A DNA stretch of 64,000 nt from Fistulifera solaris. Its lineage: Eukaryota. Shown in pieces: positions 1-13,196 of the stretch. Under the pieces are notes generated by a model that saw nothing but the letters and a program-made list of their open reading frames with translations, did no database searches and was not told where the DNA came from. How positions within the stretch are numbered: position 1 is the first letter of the stretch; every line of letters begins with the position of its first letter. A program made the translations under genes and the position numbers. Where the stretch lies: NCBI GenBank assembly GCA_030295235.1, contig AP026129.1:1054001-1118000 (forward strand), given 5' to 3'.

Positions 1-615
1 CAGAAGCTCTACTATTTGGAAAGGCATTGAAATTAGGCGTTCCCATAAAAGAAGACCGCATAGATGGCGACCACGACAAGGCATAGGGCGTCGATAGGAC
101 GACAGCGAGGGGGGGATACGAGATACTTCATCTTTTAGTTATTACGTGAATTAGAGGGTAAAGGATGAAATGTTTAGAGGGCTCTTTCTGTTACTCTTTA
201 CAATGCGGTCTTTTGTTCTTCGCACTGGGCATTGGTCGACGGCTCGGTGTCAAAGAACTTTCGATCGGATCCTTTCTCTTTTCTTTCCTTCGTTTTTTTT
301 CGTGGAGAAGGAGAGTTGAGTACCGGTACTTGTACCTTTGCGTAGAAAACTCTCGTACAAAGTCATCCGCGACCTGTGTGAGTCATGAACGAGAAATTCT
401 TTGCGAATTCTCACCTCATCCACGCTGAGACATGGTACAGTACTGTAAACAGATGAGAGACGTGATTGATTTCATTCACGATGGGCCGTTTGTCCGTCCT
501 CCGTAGGGGGCACATCTGCCATCCGCTTGCATGAAAGAAAAACACTACGCACATCACTTCCTTTCCTGGATCACTTATTCGTTTGAATGGTAATATCCTT
601 GTCGCAAATAGCAGC

Positions 616-1841
616 ATGAATGGCACAGAAAATGGGAGCAAGAAGAAGCAAAAGCAGCTTTTGATAGAGGTAGCCGATGCCTCTGACGGACCCCTGGTGA
701 GCTCATTTCCAGGAGGTTTGCCTTCCACGGAATCCAAATTTGTGTGGAAGAAATACAATCAGCAACATATATTGGTAGGGAAAGATGACTCCTGTCGTTA
801 CTATGGTCAAGAAGCACCTAGTCGTTCCCGCTTAGTCATCGCTCTCTACGACAAACGAAATCACACGTTGACATGTCACATGGCCGCAAATGATGGAAAG
901 GTCTATGCCTTGCAACAGCAAGTTATTAACTATGAAACCAATATTACAGCCGATCCAACATCGAATGTGTTTCAAGAGTTCGGAAGTTCCAAGAAGAAAC
1001 GCGCTTTACAATCACAGCAAGCCAATCGTATCCACTCGGATCAAATTTTGGGTAAAGCCGGAACGCTGACGAAAATGGTTGTCGATAACGAGAATCTTAC
1101 GGATAGTAACCGAAAAGCCATTCAGGAGCAGAAAGAGAGGAATCAAAATAATGAGATCAATGAGCCTACTCCTACTGCTGTTAGTCTGGCCGTGCAGGAA
1201 GCAACGAACGCTTGGAGAAATGCTTTTCTTCCCAATCATTCCAATCCCAACGCCGATACGCCGACCAAGGTTTACACTCCCGAGAATATGGCTGGCCCGG
1301 AAGCCTGGTCTCAAGTCATCCGAGTGGTAGATGCTTGCTTTCATGAGGAGGATCCGGCGACTGCGTTACAGAAGTCGAAATCGAGTGACACTTGGCAATT
1401 TTCATCACTACGAGAGCTGTTGCTCAACAGCAAGCCGCAAAGGGAATCTATCGCGCCTTGTGTTTGCTACATACATGGACACGTTTGTACGAAGAAAATC
1501 ACCGGAAACGTTTCGTGGCTCACACATCATCGAATGCCATGGTGCAGTCGTTCTGGCAGAATTTTGGAACTTCGATGATGTCAACTGCGGAACAAAAGGA
1601 AGGCTATTGCATGTCGAAAGCAAACCAGGATCGCTGCAAGCTTCACCTGCTGCTTTTGTTTCTGTGGGCTGAAGGTTGCTCGACATCCAAACTACCAGGG
1701 TACTGTGCTGAAATGAAATGGCCTTGGGTACAAATGGTGAACTTATTGCAAGAAGCTGGTTGCACTGTACAGAAGGATAAAGTTTCCTTGAACACGCCAG
1801 TTCAGTATCCCCAGTCAATCGGTAAACGTAAAAGAAAATAA
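616..1841 (+). CDS. RNA polymerase I subunit A49-like (RPA49/PAF53) protein; one frameshift near 1435-1445
   Basis: ORF 583..1578 (first ATG at 616) contains SFPGGLP and FGSSKKKRALQSQQANRI, typical of A49. The overlapping frame 1392..1841 gives a helical C-terminus (DRCKLHLLLLFL...LLQEAGCTV) and a basic tail (GKRKRK). Confidence 0.65.
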
Positions 1842-1886
1842 AAAGCACGGAATAACAAACAAAAAGGTTTTTAAGGTAACAAAGTT

Positions 1887-3276
1887 TTATACGCGCTCGG
1901 TAGGCGAGCGACCTCCTCCAACAATATAGCCGTATTCGTCTTTCTTGGGACTGTGATTTCCATCGTTCCCCGCAGAGCTCGGAATCGCAGTTTCCGTCAA
2001 TCCTTGCGGGGGATAATGACGAATTGGTGGTGGTCCATAATGATGATAGTAGGGGTGGGGAGCGTACCCTCCATACATCATGTGAGGGGGGAGGTGGATG
2101 AGCTCTGTTACTATCGCCGCCTTCTTGATGCGGGGCAGCACCGGGTTGAGAGGTTGGTGGAGGAGGATAGTATCCTCCATAGGGTGGCGGCGGTGGTTGA
2201 TAAGAATGGTGCGGTGCCACGTGCGGAGGCGGATAGGGAGCTGGCGGCCAGTGCGGCGCCGAAGCTGATGGTGCCTGTTGCTGTTGAAGTGGCATCGAAC
2301 CCATTTGCTGCATCATCTGAACTTGCGCAACAGCGGCCTGAATTAGTTTCTGCAGTAACGTGTGAGAAGCTAGTAAAAATAAATGTATAGAACAAACCAG
2401 CAGCAAGATGAAAACAAAACGTACATCCTTCCCATGCTGAGCGAACTTTCGCTGAATAGTAGAGTACCAATGATTTTTTACATCATTGTCAGACCGTCCT
2501 GGTAGCTGCTTGGAGATATTTGCCCAACGGTTGCCATGGTGTTCATGCATTGCAATGAGAATAGCCTCTTCGTCGTCCGTCCATTCACCTTTCTTTAGCT
2601 CAGGATCGAGATGGTTCACAAACCGCTCTCGACATTGTTTGCCTTGTCTACCAGGGAGATGCTGAGCAATCTTCGCCCACTTGCGACCGTATCGTTTGCG
2701 CATTTCCTGCAATATCGTATCTTCTTCGGGTGTCCATGAACCCTTGCCTTTGATGACAGGAGGATTCGTCATGTTCTGCCATGCAGTCAGGCAATCAATG
2801 GCGTTGTATTTTGGAAAGTTAGCGGCAACCTCGTTCCAGCGAGGCGCTGTATTCTTGTATTGCTCGACCAATTTTCGAAGGAGCTCGAGCTCTTCGGGTT
2901 CCCAGTTTCCTTCTATGTCATCGCTATCGTCTTTGCCGTCATCGGCGCCTGAGCTCTCATCGTCGTCATCATTGCCCGAGTCACTCTGCTTACTAGCATC
3001 ACTTCGCTTGCTTTTCTTTTCCGCCCTTTCGTCTCTTCCTTCTACGGAAGAATTTTGTCCCGCCGACGTTAAGTCCATATGCCTTTTCAGACACTGAACA
3101 GCCGACTTGCCTGGGATCATTTCGGAAATAACGTCCCAGTCTTCTTCACCCTCCTCGACGTTGTTTTTGTGCTCTTGCCTCACCGCTTCGAGCAACTTTT
3201 CGTCTTCCGACTCGGTCCAGTTAACGCCGGCCGCCCGCTTTCTTTTCTTTGCAAGTGCAGAGGAAGAGAGGGACAT
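1887..3276 (-). CDS. MYB transcription factor with four SANT/MYB repeats (1 + R1R2R3) and a Pro/His/Tyr-rich C-terminus
   Basis: Canonical repeats KGSWTPEED...GRQGKQCRERFVNHLDP and KKGEWTDDEE...GNRWANISKQLPGRSDNDVKNHW, plus two degenerate repeats. In-frame GT-AG intron 2350..2424. A frameshift in the G-run near 2085-2095 links to frame 1887..2180. Confidence 0.9.
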
Positions 3277-3540
3277 TTGACACCAACACGGTTCAGTAGC
3301 TGCATGCAAGTTGATAAATCACTGTCAACTAAAGTTCGAACGAGAAACGCTTGTGAGAGGACAGGCCGATCGCTGAAAACAGAGGCGAATAATTCTTCTC
3401 TCCTTGCTCCTTACGTTTTGAGAAGTCCGCTTCGGCCAATCGTTGAGCAAGTTTACAAGCACCGCACTGCAAACAGGACATGGTGAACAATTGTCAGGAC
3501 AATGGACCATCAAGAAACGCCAAACACTGAAGTTAACCAA

Positions 3541-3830
3541 CCTGAGAACGTTACCTGTTAAACGGCAAACGGTTATTTCCTTTTGATTTTGTGACGGTCA
3601 ACTCAACCGTCTCAAAACGCCAGACGTTAATGAGCAAACGCTTTCCTGCAGAATTGCTCCGCAGCGGCTGGGATATTTCGGTTGAGCGGACGGTTACGAG
3701 CAGTTCAACTGCTCCAAATGTTCACCATTCAAATTCGGCACAAATAGGCAAAGTGTACAAATCATTCGTGAAAATTAACAGTACCTACAGATCTTGCAAA
3801 AATTCTTAGTGTCCCGTTAACGGTCGGACC
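3541..3830. promoter_or_regulatory. Divergent MYB/RPT6 promoter with a cluster of MYB-type (AACGG / YAACNG) sites
   Basis: AACGG at 3561 and 3568, CGGTT at ~3679 and ~3691, CAACTG at ~3706, palindrome CCGTTAACGG at 3814-3823. Confidence 0.35.
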
Positions 3831-4220
3831 GAGCGCGCGGGAAACCCTTTACCGGTGCTGGTACCGTACCAGGTACAAGTACAAAGTTTGCCTGCGGTCT
3901 TTTCATCGAGTATGACGTAAGAAAAGAAACTGCGACCCAAAAGAGTACATTCGAGATGACGTAAGCCTCTATGATGATTCTCTACGTGACTCATGACTTG
4001 TTTCTTCGATCCCGGGTGTCACCATCTTTTCGTTTGTACGACGCTCATTTGGGATGATGCTTTTCGAGTACCTTCTGTCACCTTCCTCGAACAGCAGTTA
4101 GTGACAATGGCGGTGGTCACGTTTTGAGTCGATCATTCACATCGTTGAGCTGTCAGCACAAGCTAAATTCACCACAATTTCAACCAGCTTCTTCAGCCTT
4201 TCGACACAATACGTCTCATT

Positions 4221-5532
4221 ATGATGGTAGAACAAATGAAAACAGACGCGCCCGTCGGAGGCAGTATTATGGGCAAATACTACGCATCCAAAATTACAGA
4301 ACTGCGCGAGGTACGTTCACATTTTGCATTTATTACTCTCCTTATCTTAAGACCAAGAAATCCTTATTTTCTTATTCGTTTGCCTATCTCTTGTCTCTCG
4401 ATAGACCGTTCAAGTTCGGCAAGCGGATTTGCAGCGCCTCAAAGCGCGTCGAAATGAACTTAATGCAGCGGTGCGAATGTTACGAGAAGAGCTCTATCAT
4501 TTACAGGAACCTGGATCGTACGTTGGTGAGGTCGTGAAACCCATGGGACAAAATAAGGTTCTTGTGAAAATCAATCCGGAGGGAAAGTACGTAGTCGATC
4601 TAGATGTTGACAAAATTGATATCAAAGATTGCAAGCCGAATACTCGTGTGGCGCTGCGCAACGACAGTTATACGTTACACAAAATTTTGCCGACCAAAGT
4701 GGATCCGCTCGTTTCGCTTATGAAAGTTGAAGCTGTACCCGACTCCACGTACGATATGATTGGTGGTCTGGAGAAGCAAGTGCTGGAAATTAAAGAGGTC
4801 ATTGAATTGCCCATCAAGCACCCGGAACTCTTTCAAAGTTTGGGAGTCGCTCAACCCAAGGGAGTTTTGCTGTACGGCCCGCCAGGAACGGGGAAAACAC
4901 TTCTTGCCCGAGCTGTAGCTCATCACACGGATTGTACTTTCATTCGAGTCAGCGGTGCAGAGCTCGTTCAAAAATACATCGGTGAGGGTTCAAGAATGGT
5001 TCGTGAGCTCTTCGTCATGGCGCGTGAAGCAGCACCCAGTATTATTTTCATGGATGAAATTGACTCGATCGGTCAGGCGCGAGGTGGGGGCGGCGGAGGA
5101 GGTGGTGATTCGGAAGTCCAGCGAACCATGCTTGAATTACTGAATCAGTTGGATGGTTTTGAACCGGCGCAAAATATCAAAGTCGTCATGGCTACGAACC
5201 GCATTGATATTCTAGATCCTGCCTTATTACGACCGGGTCGAATTGATCGTAAGATTGAGTTTCCTCATCCGAATGCCGAAAATCGGCACGCTATTCTCAA
5301 GATTCACTCGAGGAAAATGAATCTTTTGCGACATTTAGATCTCTATGGGATCGCGGAGAAAATGTCGAATGCCAGCGGAGCTGAATGTAAAGCTGTTTGT
5401 ACAGAGGCTGGTATGTTCGCCTTGCGTGAGCGCCGCGTGCACGTTACGCAGGAAGACTTTGAAATGGCAGTCAGCAAGGTTATGAAGAAAGATTCCGACG
5501 CAAACGTCTCCGTACAAAGACTGTGGAAGTAG
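4221..5532 (+). CDS. RPT6: 26S proteasome AAA-ATPase subunit RPT6 (PSMC5)
   Basis: [54 protein letters not shown]-terminal RLWK. Intron 4311..4404 (GTACGT...ATAG) joins ORF 4221 to ORF 4429 in frame. Confidence 0.97.
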
Positions 5533-5643
5533 TTCATTCGTAAAAATTTGGCAGCATTTCTTTACTAAACATTGATTCTAGTCCTACCTTGCATGTTGCT
5601 TGATTCAATTTGTTAATGTGTGCTGCAACTTATCACATCCCAT

Positions 5644-5824
5644 TCGTTTTACCAGCATCAAAACTTTCGCAGTACGGCTTATCTCATTTTTGGGATTTGT
5701 CCCGGCACAATACCCAGTTACATTCAGGATTCGAAAACATTTCTCGAAGAAGTCATCATGATGGTCGCCTACACCTTTGGGAATCACAATATGGGCTACT
5801 ATCCTCCCTCGAATACCACGGACC
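5644..5824 (+). pseudogene. Orphan ~180-bp copy of an internal segment of the S28 peptidase gene (17775..17952)
   Basis: Near-identical DNA encoding SFYQHQNFR...GICPGTIPSYIQDSKTFLEEVIMMVAYTF.NHNMGYYPPSNTTD, with a 3-nt insertion. Flanks are unrelated. Confidence 0.85.
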
Positions 5825-6324
5825 GTTCGGCATCAGATCTTTGCTTTTCAAAAATTTGCAAACAATGCCGGGACTGGATTCGCTTGACTCACACAAAGTC
5901 TGCTCTAAGGCTTTATGTCCTTCTACTCACCTCATTGCACTAAACGAGGACGATGTACAGAATATGATTGGGTACCGTTGACCGTTACAAGGCACACAGT
6001 GATGATTTGTAGAACTAGAGGCCATTGTTGTTTAGTACCACTTACCGATATATTTACAGTTCATCAATATATGAGTTTTCAACGGACTGTTCATATTGTT
6101 TTATTTTTTCCCGTTTCTGTTATATCGTTGTTCCGTTTGTCGTTTTCCGAACTTGACAACAAAATACCAGGTACGGAGCAACAAATACAATAACAAAAAC
6201 AAAATATTGATGAAACAACCAAGAAACTACCCCTTTGTTTGTCATCGGATTGCTGCCACAAATACAATCGTTATCACGGAATCCAAGAGAACGATTAAAA
6301 TTTTTGGTTGTTTCTCGTAAAGAC

Positions 6325-7260
6325 ATGCCCCACGTCGAGCTACCGCAGGCAGAGTTCAAGGTACGTTTTTGAATTGAAGCGATGATATGCATGTACCGTC
6401 CATGTGCCTCATTTTTATGTTAGGTCGTCTTACTTGGTGATACGAATACTGGTAAAACGTCGTTGGTTTTACGGTTTGTGGAAGGAAGTTACCGTGAACT
6501 TGGCAGTCAAGCGACAATCGGCGCTCACTTTTTAACGAAGCGAATTACCGTCCAGCAGCACATTCCTTGCAAGCTCTTGCTATGGGACACAGCAGGTCAG
6601 CAACAGTTTTCAAAACTGGCGAAAACATATTATCAACAAGCGGCTGCTGCGATTTTGACCTACGATGTGAGTCAGCCGCAATCATTACATCGATTGAGAT
6701 TATGGTTAGATGAAGTGCAGCAGAATACTCAGGGTCAAAGAATGGTAATAGCGATTGCGGCTTGTAAGAGCGACTTGGACCTATCTTTGCACGCTCCCGG
6801 ACTGAAAGAAGAAGCGGAGAAGCTTGCTCAAACTGTGGACGCTATTCATATTGTTACTTCCGCGAGAACGAACGAAGGAGTGCAAGAACTTTTCCAAAAT
6901 ATTGCCGAAAATGTCTGGAAGTGGCACCAAGAAACATGTGCGAGCGGAGGCTTACCAATTCCAGTGCACGAAGGAGGAGGACCCATGATGATGACCCGAA
7001 AGAAACACGCACGAAGTACTTCTCCGCCTTCGCGGAATGTGTCTCCTGTCCGCTCGGCGTCTCCACCGCTTCTCAAGCATAAAAGTCCGTCACCAAAGCT
7101 GAATTATAAAGACTTTCAATGCAATACGGCTGATGAGGGTGGCGATGACGTGCGACTCAATAGCCAACAATTTGAGAAGAAGAGTCACGAGAATATGATG
7201 TGCACGGGAGCTTTGTTCACTTGTACGGATGATCCAAGACAAGGATGCGTGATAAATTGA
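6325..7260 (+). CDS. Rab-family small GTPase (Rab5/21/24-like, divergent) with a long C-terminal tail
   Basis: FKVVLLGDTNTGKTS across intron 6361..6423; TIGAHF, LWDTAGQQ, YYQQA, ACKSD, TSAR; ends QGCVIN. Confidence 0.9.
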
Positions 7261-7948
7261 ATTTGTTCTTGCGACCTTAAAGTTTGTGCACCATTGTCTA
7301 GTCAAATGAATAGCAGCACAAAACAAGGGATTAACCGTATCCCTAGAATTTTGTCATCGAACAGATACCTTGCCTTGCCATCATGGTACTGATTCTAAGG
7401 TGATTGGGGATAGGGGATAGATAGCGCTCTCTAAATGGCGTTCTTCCGATGTGCAAATGCTCGATGATCGATGATTCATCAATCAAATTTGTCAAAGCGA
7501 AAAGCGAAAAGCTTGGGCATCAACAGTAAGCTTAGAAAATCCCAACCTGTGCACTCTCTACAAAGTAGTTACAGTGAAAGATTTTAGATGCCATTTTCGG
7601 CGTTTATTGGCCTTTTGGGTTTTCGAAGCATTTTTCTACTCTAGGTCAAATAGTGCAGGACATCTGACACCAATTAAAAATGAAAGAGGTAGCCGTAAGA
7701 TGTAAGATAGTTTCCCTTATGTATTGTTAAGAACTCCGTCCACTGCCCCGTACTTCGGGTCATTTGTCGCGCCTTTTTGTCGAAAATGACCCGATGAGCT
7801 CGACCACAAGGACAAAACGGAGACGACTCATCATCAAGCTTCGGAATTAATGCAGCTCACCTCTGTAATTGGAAAGAAGGGAGTTTAACAAAGCGTCATT
7901 CATTCAAAGACAGATACTAACCACGCCGGAAGAAGTCTAAGCTTCGTA

Positions 7949-10900
7949 ATGATCGAAGATGTGTTTCCCCTTCCATACCGCGTCTTGGAAGAGATTGTGG
8001 TGGAGAACACCACAGTCTCTAAATTAGAATGTGGCGACATTAACGTTTCATGGTAAGAGGGAGTAGTCTTTGCAGGCAAGAGGCTACTTGGGCATTAGTC
8101 TGACCAATTTCTTTTTGCTGAAAAATATATAGGCAGCCGATTTATTTCGCTTTGTTTCTGACATTCATTCAAGCATCCATTTTTCTAACTATCTTCGAAT
8201 GGGGGCGACGGAACAAGTACGTTGAATCGGTGTACGACAAACGACGGTCAAAGTATCCTACCCGCACACCAGCTCCCCTTATGAAAGAAAGGGGTTGTCG
8301 AATAAGGCTTTTTCAGCTTGAGTGGTGGAAAATTTATATTTCCGATGAAGATTATCAAAAGCAAAGCTGGGATGAGTTCCGACGACTAAAGATGGAAGCC
8401 GAGTCGAAGAACTGGGATGTATCTCGACAAGGATTGGCAGGAGAAGAGTGTGACCCGTTTGTCACCGCCGCCGAGAACCAGTGTTACCGTGAATCGCCTT
8501 TCTTTGCCATGTTGAATGATCTAGAGTCGCAGAAGTTCGGATACGGCGATGCTCCTCCGACGAGATACGAAAACGGCTTTTCGGATTACAATGGAGACGC
8601 CGTAAACAACAACTACGACTATGAATTCGACTATGCATACGACAGCAACAACGAAGATAGCTCGCATGAGTCCAAGAAGGAGTCAGCGAGCTACAATACA
8701 GCACATTACGAACAGAGTTACTACGCCGAACCGAATTCACAATCAGGACCGCAAAACAACACGCAGCTGACTGAGATGCCCACCGGATCAACCGGTTCAG
8801 AGTGCGACGACGATCTCCATGACAATGGATATGGGTATGGCAATTGGGAAGTGGATGCCCCTCACGTTGATTCAGCGCCTAGCTATGAGATCGATGTCTC
8901 GCAGTCCAGTTTTCAACAAGCCGTAGAGACAGTCGACGAGCCCACCACCATTGACGAAGCAAGCCGCAATTTACAAACAGGCTTGTCGGGTTTGCTAAAG
9001 GAAAGTGGACTCAGTACGGATAGGGTCATCCCTTCGCTGGACGATATTCTGGGAAATGTTAGGTCTACACCTCGTCGTGCACCACAAACAGATACATCGC
9101 AAAATAGTTTGTTACCTGCCGAAACAACTGGTGAGACCTCGGCAATTGGTACTGATGACAACCAGAGGGAACCTTATGAGCCACTTCGTCCTCGCAATCG
9201 AACATTGAGCCAAGAAGAAAGGATAGCGGAACAAATCAGATTAGCGGAAGAAATTCGTCGTGTTGACGAAAAGCTCGACATGCTTAGGAGGAAAAAGAGA
9301 GAAAGAGAAGAGGCAGAAGCGCAGCAACGACAAACAGTGGCCTTAATATCTGATGATGGCGGCGATGTCAACGAGTCGCAGGACGTAGCTCTTGGGTTTG
9401 GTCTTGTCGATGAACATGCGAGCTCACTAAGCGACGAAAATGTTTCAGCGGGAAATGCAGACGCCGCAGCAAAAGGCAACAACTTACTTCCGATCAGTTG
9501 ATTGAGGAAGGTATGATGAAGGGTGGTTTTCTTCGACCTGAAGGGATTCACTTTTCGGACCACGATCGTGGGATGGAAACTGAGCAGTCGCAAAGTGACG
9601 TTGAGGAACAATTTGATGCGTCCGAAAGACGCATTGACTCTACCGTTGACCAATTGCTTGGCTCTCAAGCAGGAGTCAGCGAAGCTACAGACAAGCGCTG
9701 GTCTTCTATGATTTATGATTTCAACACAGGCGCTGCAAGACTAGACAATGACAAGATTGGGTTCAATTCTTCCAAACCAGATGCTGAGCTTGATTATGGA
9801 TATGAAACAGCGGGACTTGTAACGGACGAACTAGACTATGGCTACGATACCGACAATCTTTGTCAAAAAGCCGATGATGAGGACTACGGATATGACGTCG
9901 AAAGCGATCCAGGAAGACCACAGGTTTGTTTGGTCCCGATGAAAAATGCGAGCAGACGTCGAATCTTAGTCGAATACGACGCCACACGGGTTCATCGAGT
10001 GGCAATTCCGATCCACCGGGAGATCACCTCCGATCTCAATCGCGACACGGACGTGCTCAAAGGGTGACTGTGGTTAAGAACGACGCGGTTAATGACCTCG
10101 TGCCTAACCGACGCTCGTCGGGCCAGTATGCACCTAACCGACGAAATACCCAAGGGACCTCGCCTTCGGCAAAGAACTGGGCGCTGCTTGCGGCAGTCGA
10201 AAGTCAATACCAAGAAGGATCTCAAGCAATGTGGGAAATTTTTTGAAGCGTCGAGTGCTTATGATTGAAGACGATATGAGCGATAGTGAATGCGACGAAA
10301 ATAAAGGAGCAAGCGCGTATGTGGCATCCAAAGTGTCTAGGCGCCGGCTTTCGGAAGAGGACCAGGAACTACTTCGCTGTGTCGGACTTGACTCGTTTGT
10401 CACCCTTCGCTTCCTCAAGTTCGGCTTTGATGTCGCGTTCTGGCCTATGGTTGTTTCTCTTTTTACGCTGATTCCTTTGTACAAAACCGGAGAAGAAACT
10501 TGTATCGGCTTCTTTACTACAACTGTAGTTAACGTCGAGAAAGGCAGCTGGCGCTTTTGGTTTGTCTTGATGTTCGGTTACGTTCAAATACTCTACATCT
10601 TACGTCGCTTATGGATCGAATGGGAAGTCTTTCTACCCCTACGCTACGAGTTTCTGGAAAATGGAGATTTTGAGAAAGAGAAATATAAAGAGCAATACAG
10701 AAAGACTTGTATGATCGAATACATCCCAAGGGCACAAAAGACGGATCAATCGCTTTACGATTTCTTCGACGCTATTTTTCCTGGCGAAGTGGAACGAGCT
10801 GAAGTTCTTCTAAATACTGAGTACTTGACGGACTTGATCAAAAGCCGAAATCACCATATAGTTAAATACGAGGAAATCTACGCTGGAAAGGTACATCGCA

Positions 10901-13196
10901 GAGCTGTATTTCTCCGCCAAACAGCGTCTTATCAAGCCGGGGAAAAGGCAAAAGGATGTTGTCGCTCTTTGAAGAGACTAAAGCCTCCCGTTGAACCACC
11001 GGAGCCGACTATTTACGTTAGAGAAACCCCAGATAGTTCTAGTAAGAAGGTCCTTGCACTGAAATGGCATTATGAGTAAGTATCGCAATGAGAAACTTTT
11101 GAAAAAATGCTTCCTTTTACTCACTAATTAAACTCCCAGCAATATAACAAGGTTGAACAGAGAAATAGAAACTGAATATTTGCGACTCGCCCACGCGCAG
11201 AAAAGACCTGTTGTGCAGAATCATGAATCCAGGCTTGCGAAATGGCTTTGGAATAAAGTACTTGACCGGCTCTGATACCGGTCGCTTACATTCAAGTACT
11301 GCTTTCGTGGAGTTCAAGACGATGGCAGCGAAGCAACACGCTGTACAATGTAATATAACGGGGATGAACGACTGTATGGTGGTTACCCCAGTTCCTGAAG
11401 TCCGGGACCTAATCTGGGACAACATGCACGTTTCGCGGGCGCTGATCAATACCCGAAAAGCTTGGGCAAATGTTGTGCTCACTGGATGTCTTGGTACGTA
11501 CATATCAGATAAATCTTTTGCGTCGTCAAAGGTCGTGCTCTCACTCTTTACTTTATAGTTCTATGGTCCATTATTGTATCAACGATACGAAACTTTAACG
11601 AGTTGAGCAAGTACCTAGATACTGCGATCACCAAGGATCCCGCCGTTGTTTCTTTTCTTGACTTCTATGCACCCGCTTTAATTGTTGAGGGACTCGTCCG
11701 AGCCATACCAAATATCATGAAAGTTGGCGTGCTAGCAGTCCGCTTTAAGGCGCGCAGTGAACGAGATCATTATGTTCTTGGATGGTACTTCTACTTTCGC
11801 CTCATCACATTCGTGTTTATCATCGCTAGTGACTCGATCGTGAAATCCAGTACAAGTTTTGTCGAGGATCCCATTGATTTTTTTTGAAGATTTATCAAAG
11901 AATGTGGCTCTCAACTCTCAGTTCTTTATTACGTACGGTACGTCACAGCATCATCTCGGGTCAATCATGTATTGTCTATCACACACACACACACACACAC
12001 ACACACAACAAAGGAATCTTACATTCTTTACAATATAACAGTCATCGTTTCTGGAGGCGTACAAGTATTCTTTCGGCTTTCACAGTGGCATAACTTAGCA
12101 CTGCATTGGTTGTTGACCAATGTAAAGCGGGAAGAGGCATTGCCGCAGCGGAGACTAGACGCTCTGAAGACCAGTATGAAAGTAAGTCGGCTTTTTCAGT
12201 ATCGTTACCATCGGAATATCCCTTGCTTACCTATCGACTACACAGACATTTCACTTGGATGAATTTATTCCTTTATTCATTTTCATCTTCATGGTGGCTA
12301 CCCTTTACGGGGCTATAGCTCCGTTGTCGGGATTGTTTGTTGCTCTTTTCTTTCGAGTTGCTTTCAAAGTGTTCAAATTTATGACCCTCTATATTTACGG
12401 CGGACAATATGAAGGAGGCGGATTTCTTTTCTACACAATCTCCAAAATTGTTTTCTACGTACTTTACATGATTATTACGGTTATTGCAGCCTATCTTGCT
12501 GTCAATGGAAGTGGAGCTATCGGTGCACTGTACATACTACTTCTGGTCTTCGTGTTTGCTGTCCAGAGAGACGTCAAACATACCTTTGTGGTTCCGTCAA
12601 GAATGCTATCTCTCACCAAAGCCCGTGCATTTGACGAGAATCAAGACAAGCGATCTTGGAAAGAAAAAAGCTAAAGAAGCGTTTCTAAAAGCAAAGAAAG
12701 TGTTTGAGAAAGCCGAGAAAGACGAAAAGATCTGGGGCACTCAGATCACTACGACCCGAGAGCGGAAAATTTAATGAGACCACTAATCGGACGAAGCAAT
12801 AGTTCTGCCTCCTTAAGCTCGGGATTCTCTCAACACGAGCCGACGAGCGCACCACGTCGAGGTCGCAAGAGGGGCGGTTTTATCGAAACACAATCTGACG
12901 AGGGCGGGTCTGCAGTATTGGATGCTGTGGAGCTATTCAATAAGCGATACACCGACGAGAACGCTTTCGACACGGAAGACGAAGACGGTAATCCAAAAGC
13001 AGCTCCAGGAACCGACTTTTTTATTTATCGTCAACCTACCTTAAATAAAACGACTTGGGAAACACAACCCAAGGCCTATCGCGACGGTCTTGAACGTGAC
13101 GAGGCACCGGAAGTATGGGGTGATAAGCGACCAGAACAAGTTCGACACACGGCACGCGCTCGCCGTGCATCGATCGCTATGTGCTATGGAGGGTAG
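7949..13196 (+). CDS. OSCA/CSC1/TMEM63-family osmo/mechano-gated cation channel with a very large acidic insertion; several introns and frameshifts
   Basis: N-terminal TM (ALFLTFIQASIFLTIFEWGRR), then LLRCVGLDSFVTLRFLKFGF, TAFVEFKT, PVPEVRDLIWDNM, IAPL, YEGGGFLF and YRQPTL. Probable introns ~8053-8132, 11076-11139, 11494-11558, 11938-12041, 12182-12245. Exact model uncertain. Confidence 0.85.
11980..12007. repeat. (CA)14 microsatellite within an OSCA intron
   Basis: Direct reading of the CA run. Confidence 0.95.

Noticed and set aside
1408..2090. 633-aa MYB ORF overlapping the RPA49-like gene
   Set aside because: The extension is an artefact of an in-frame intron plus a frameshift; the plausible C-terminus ends at 1887.
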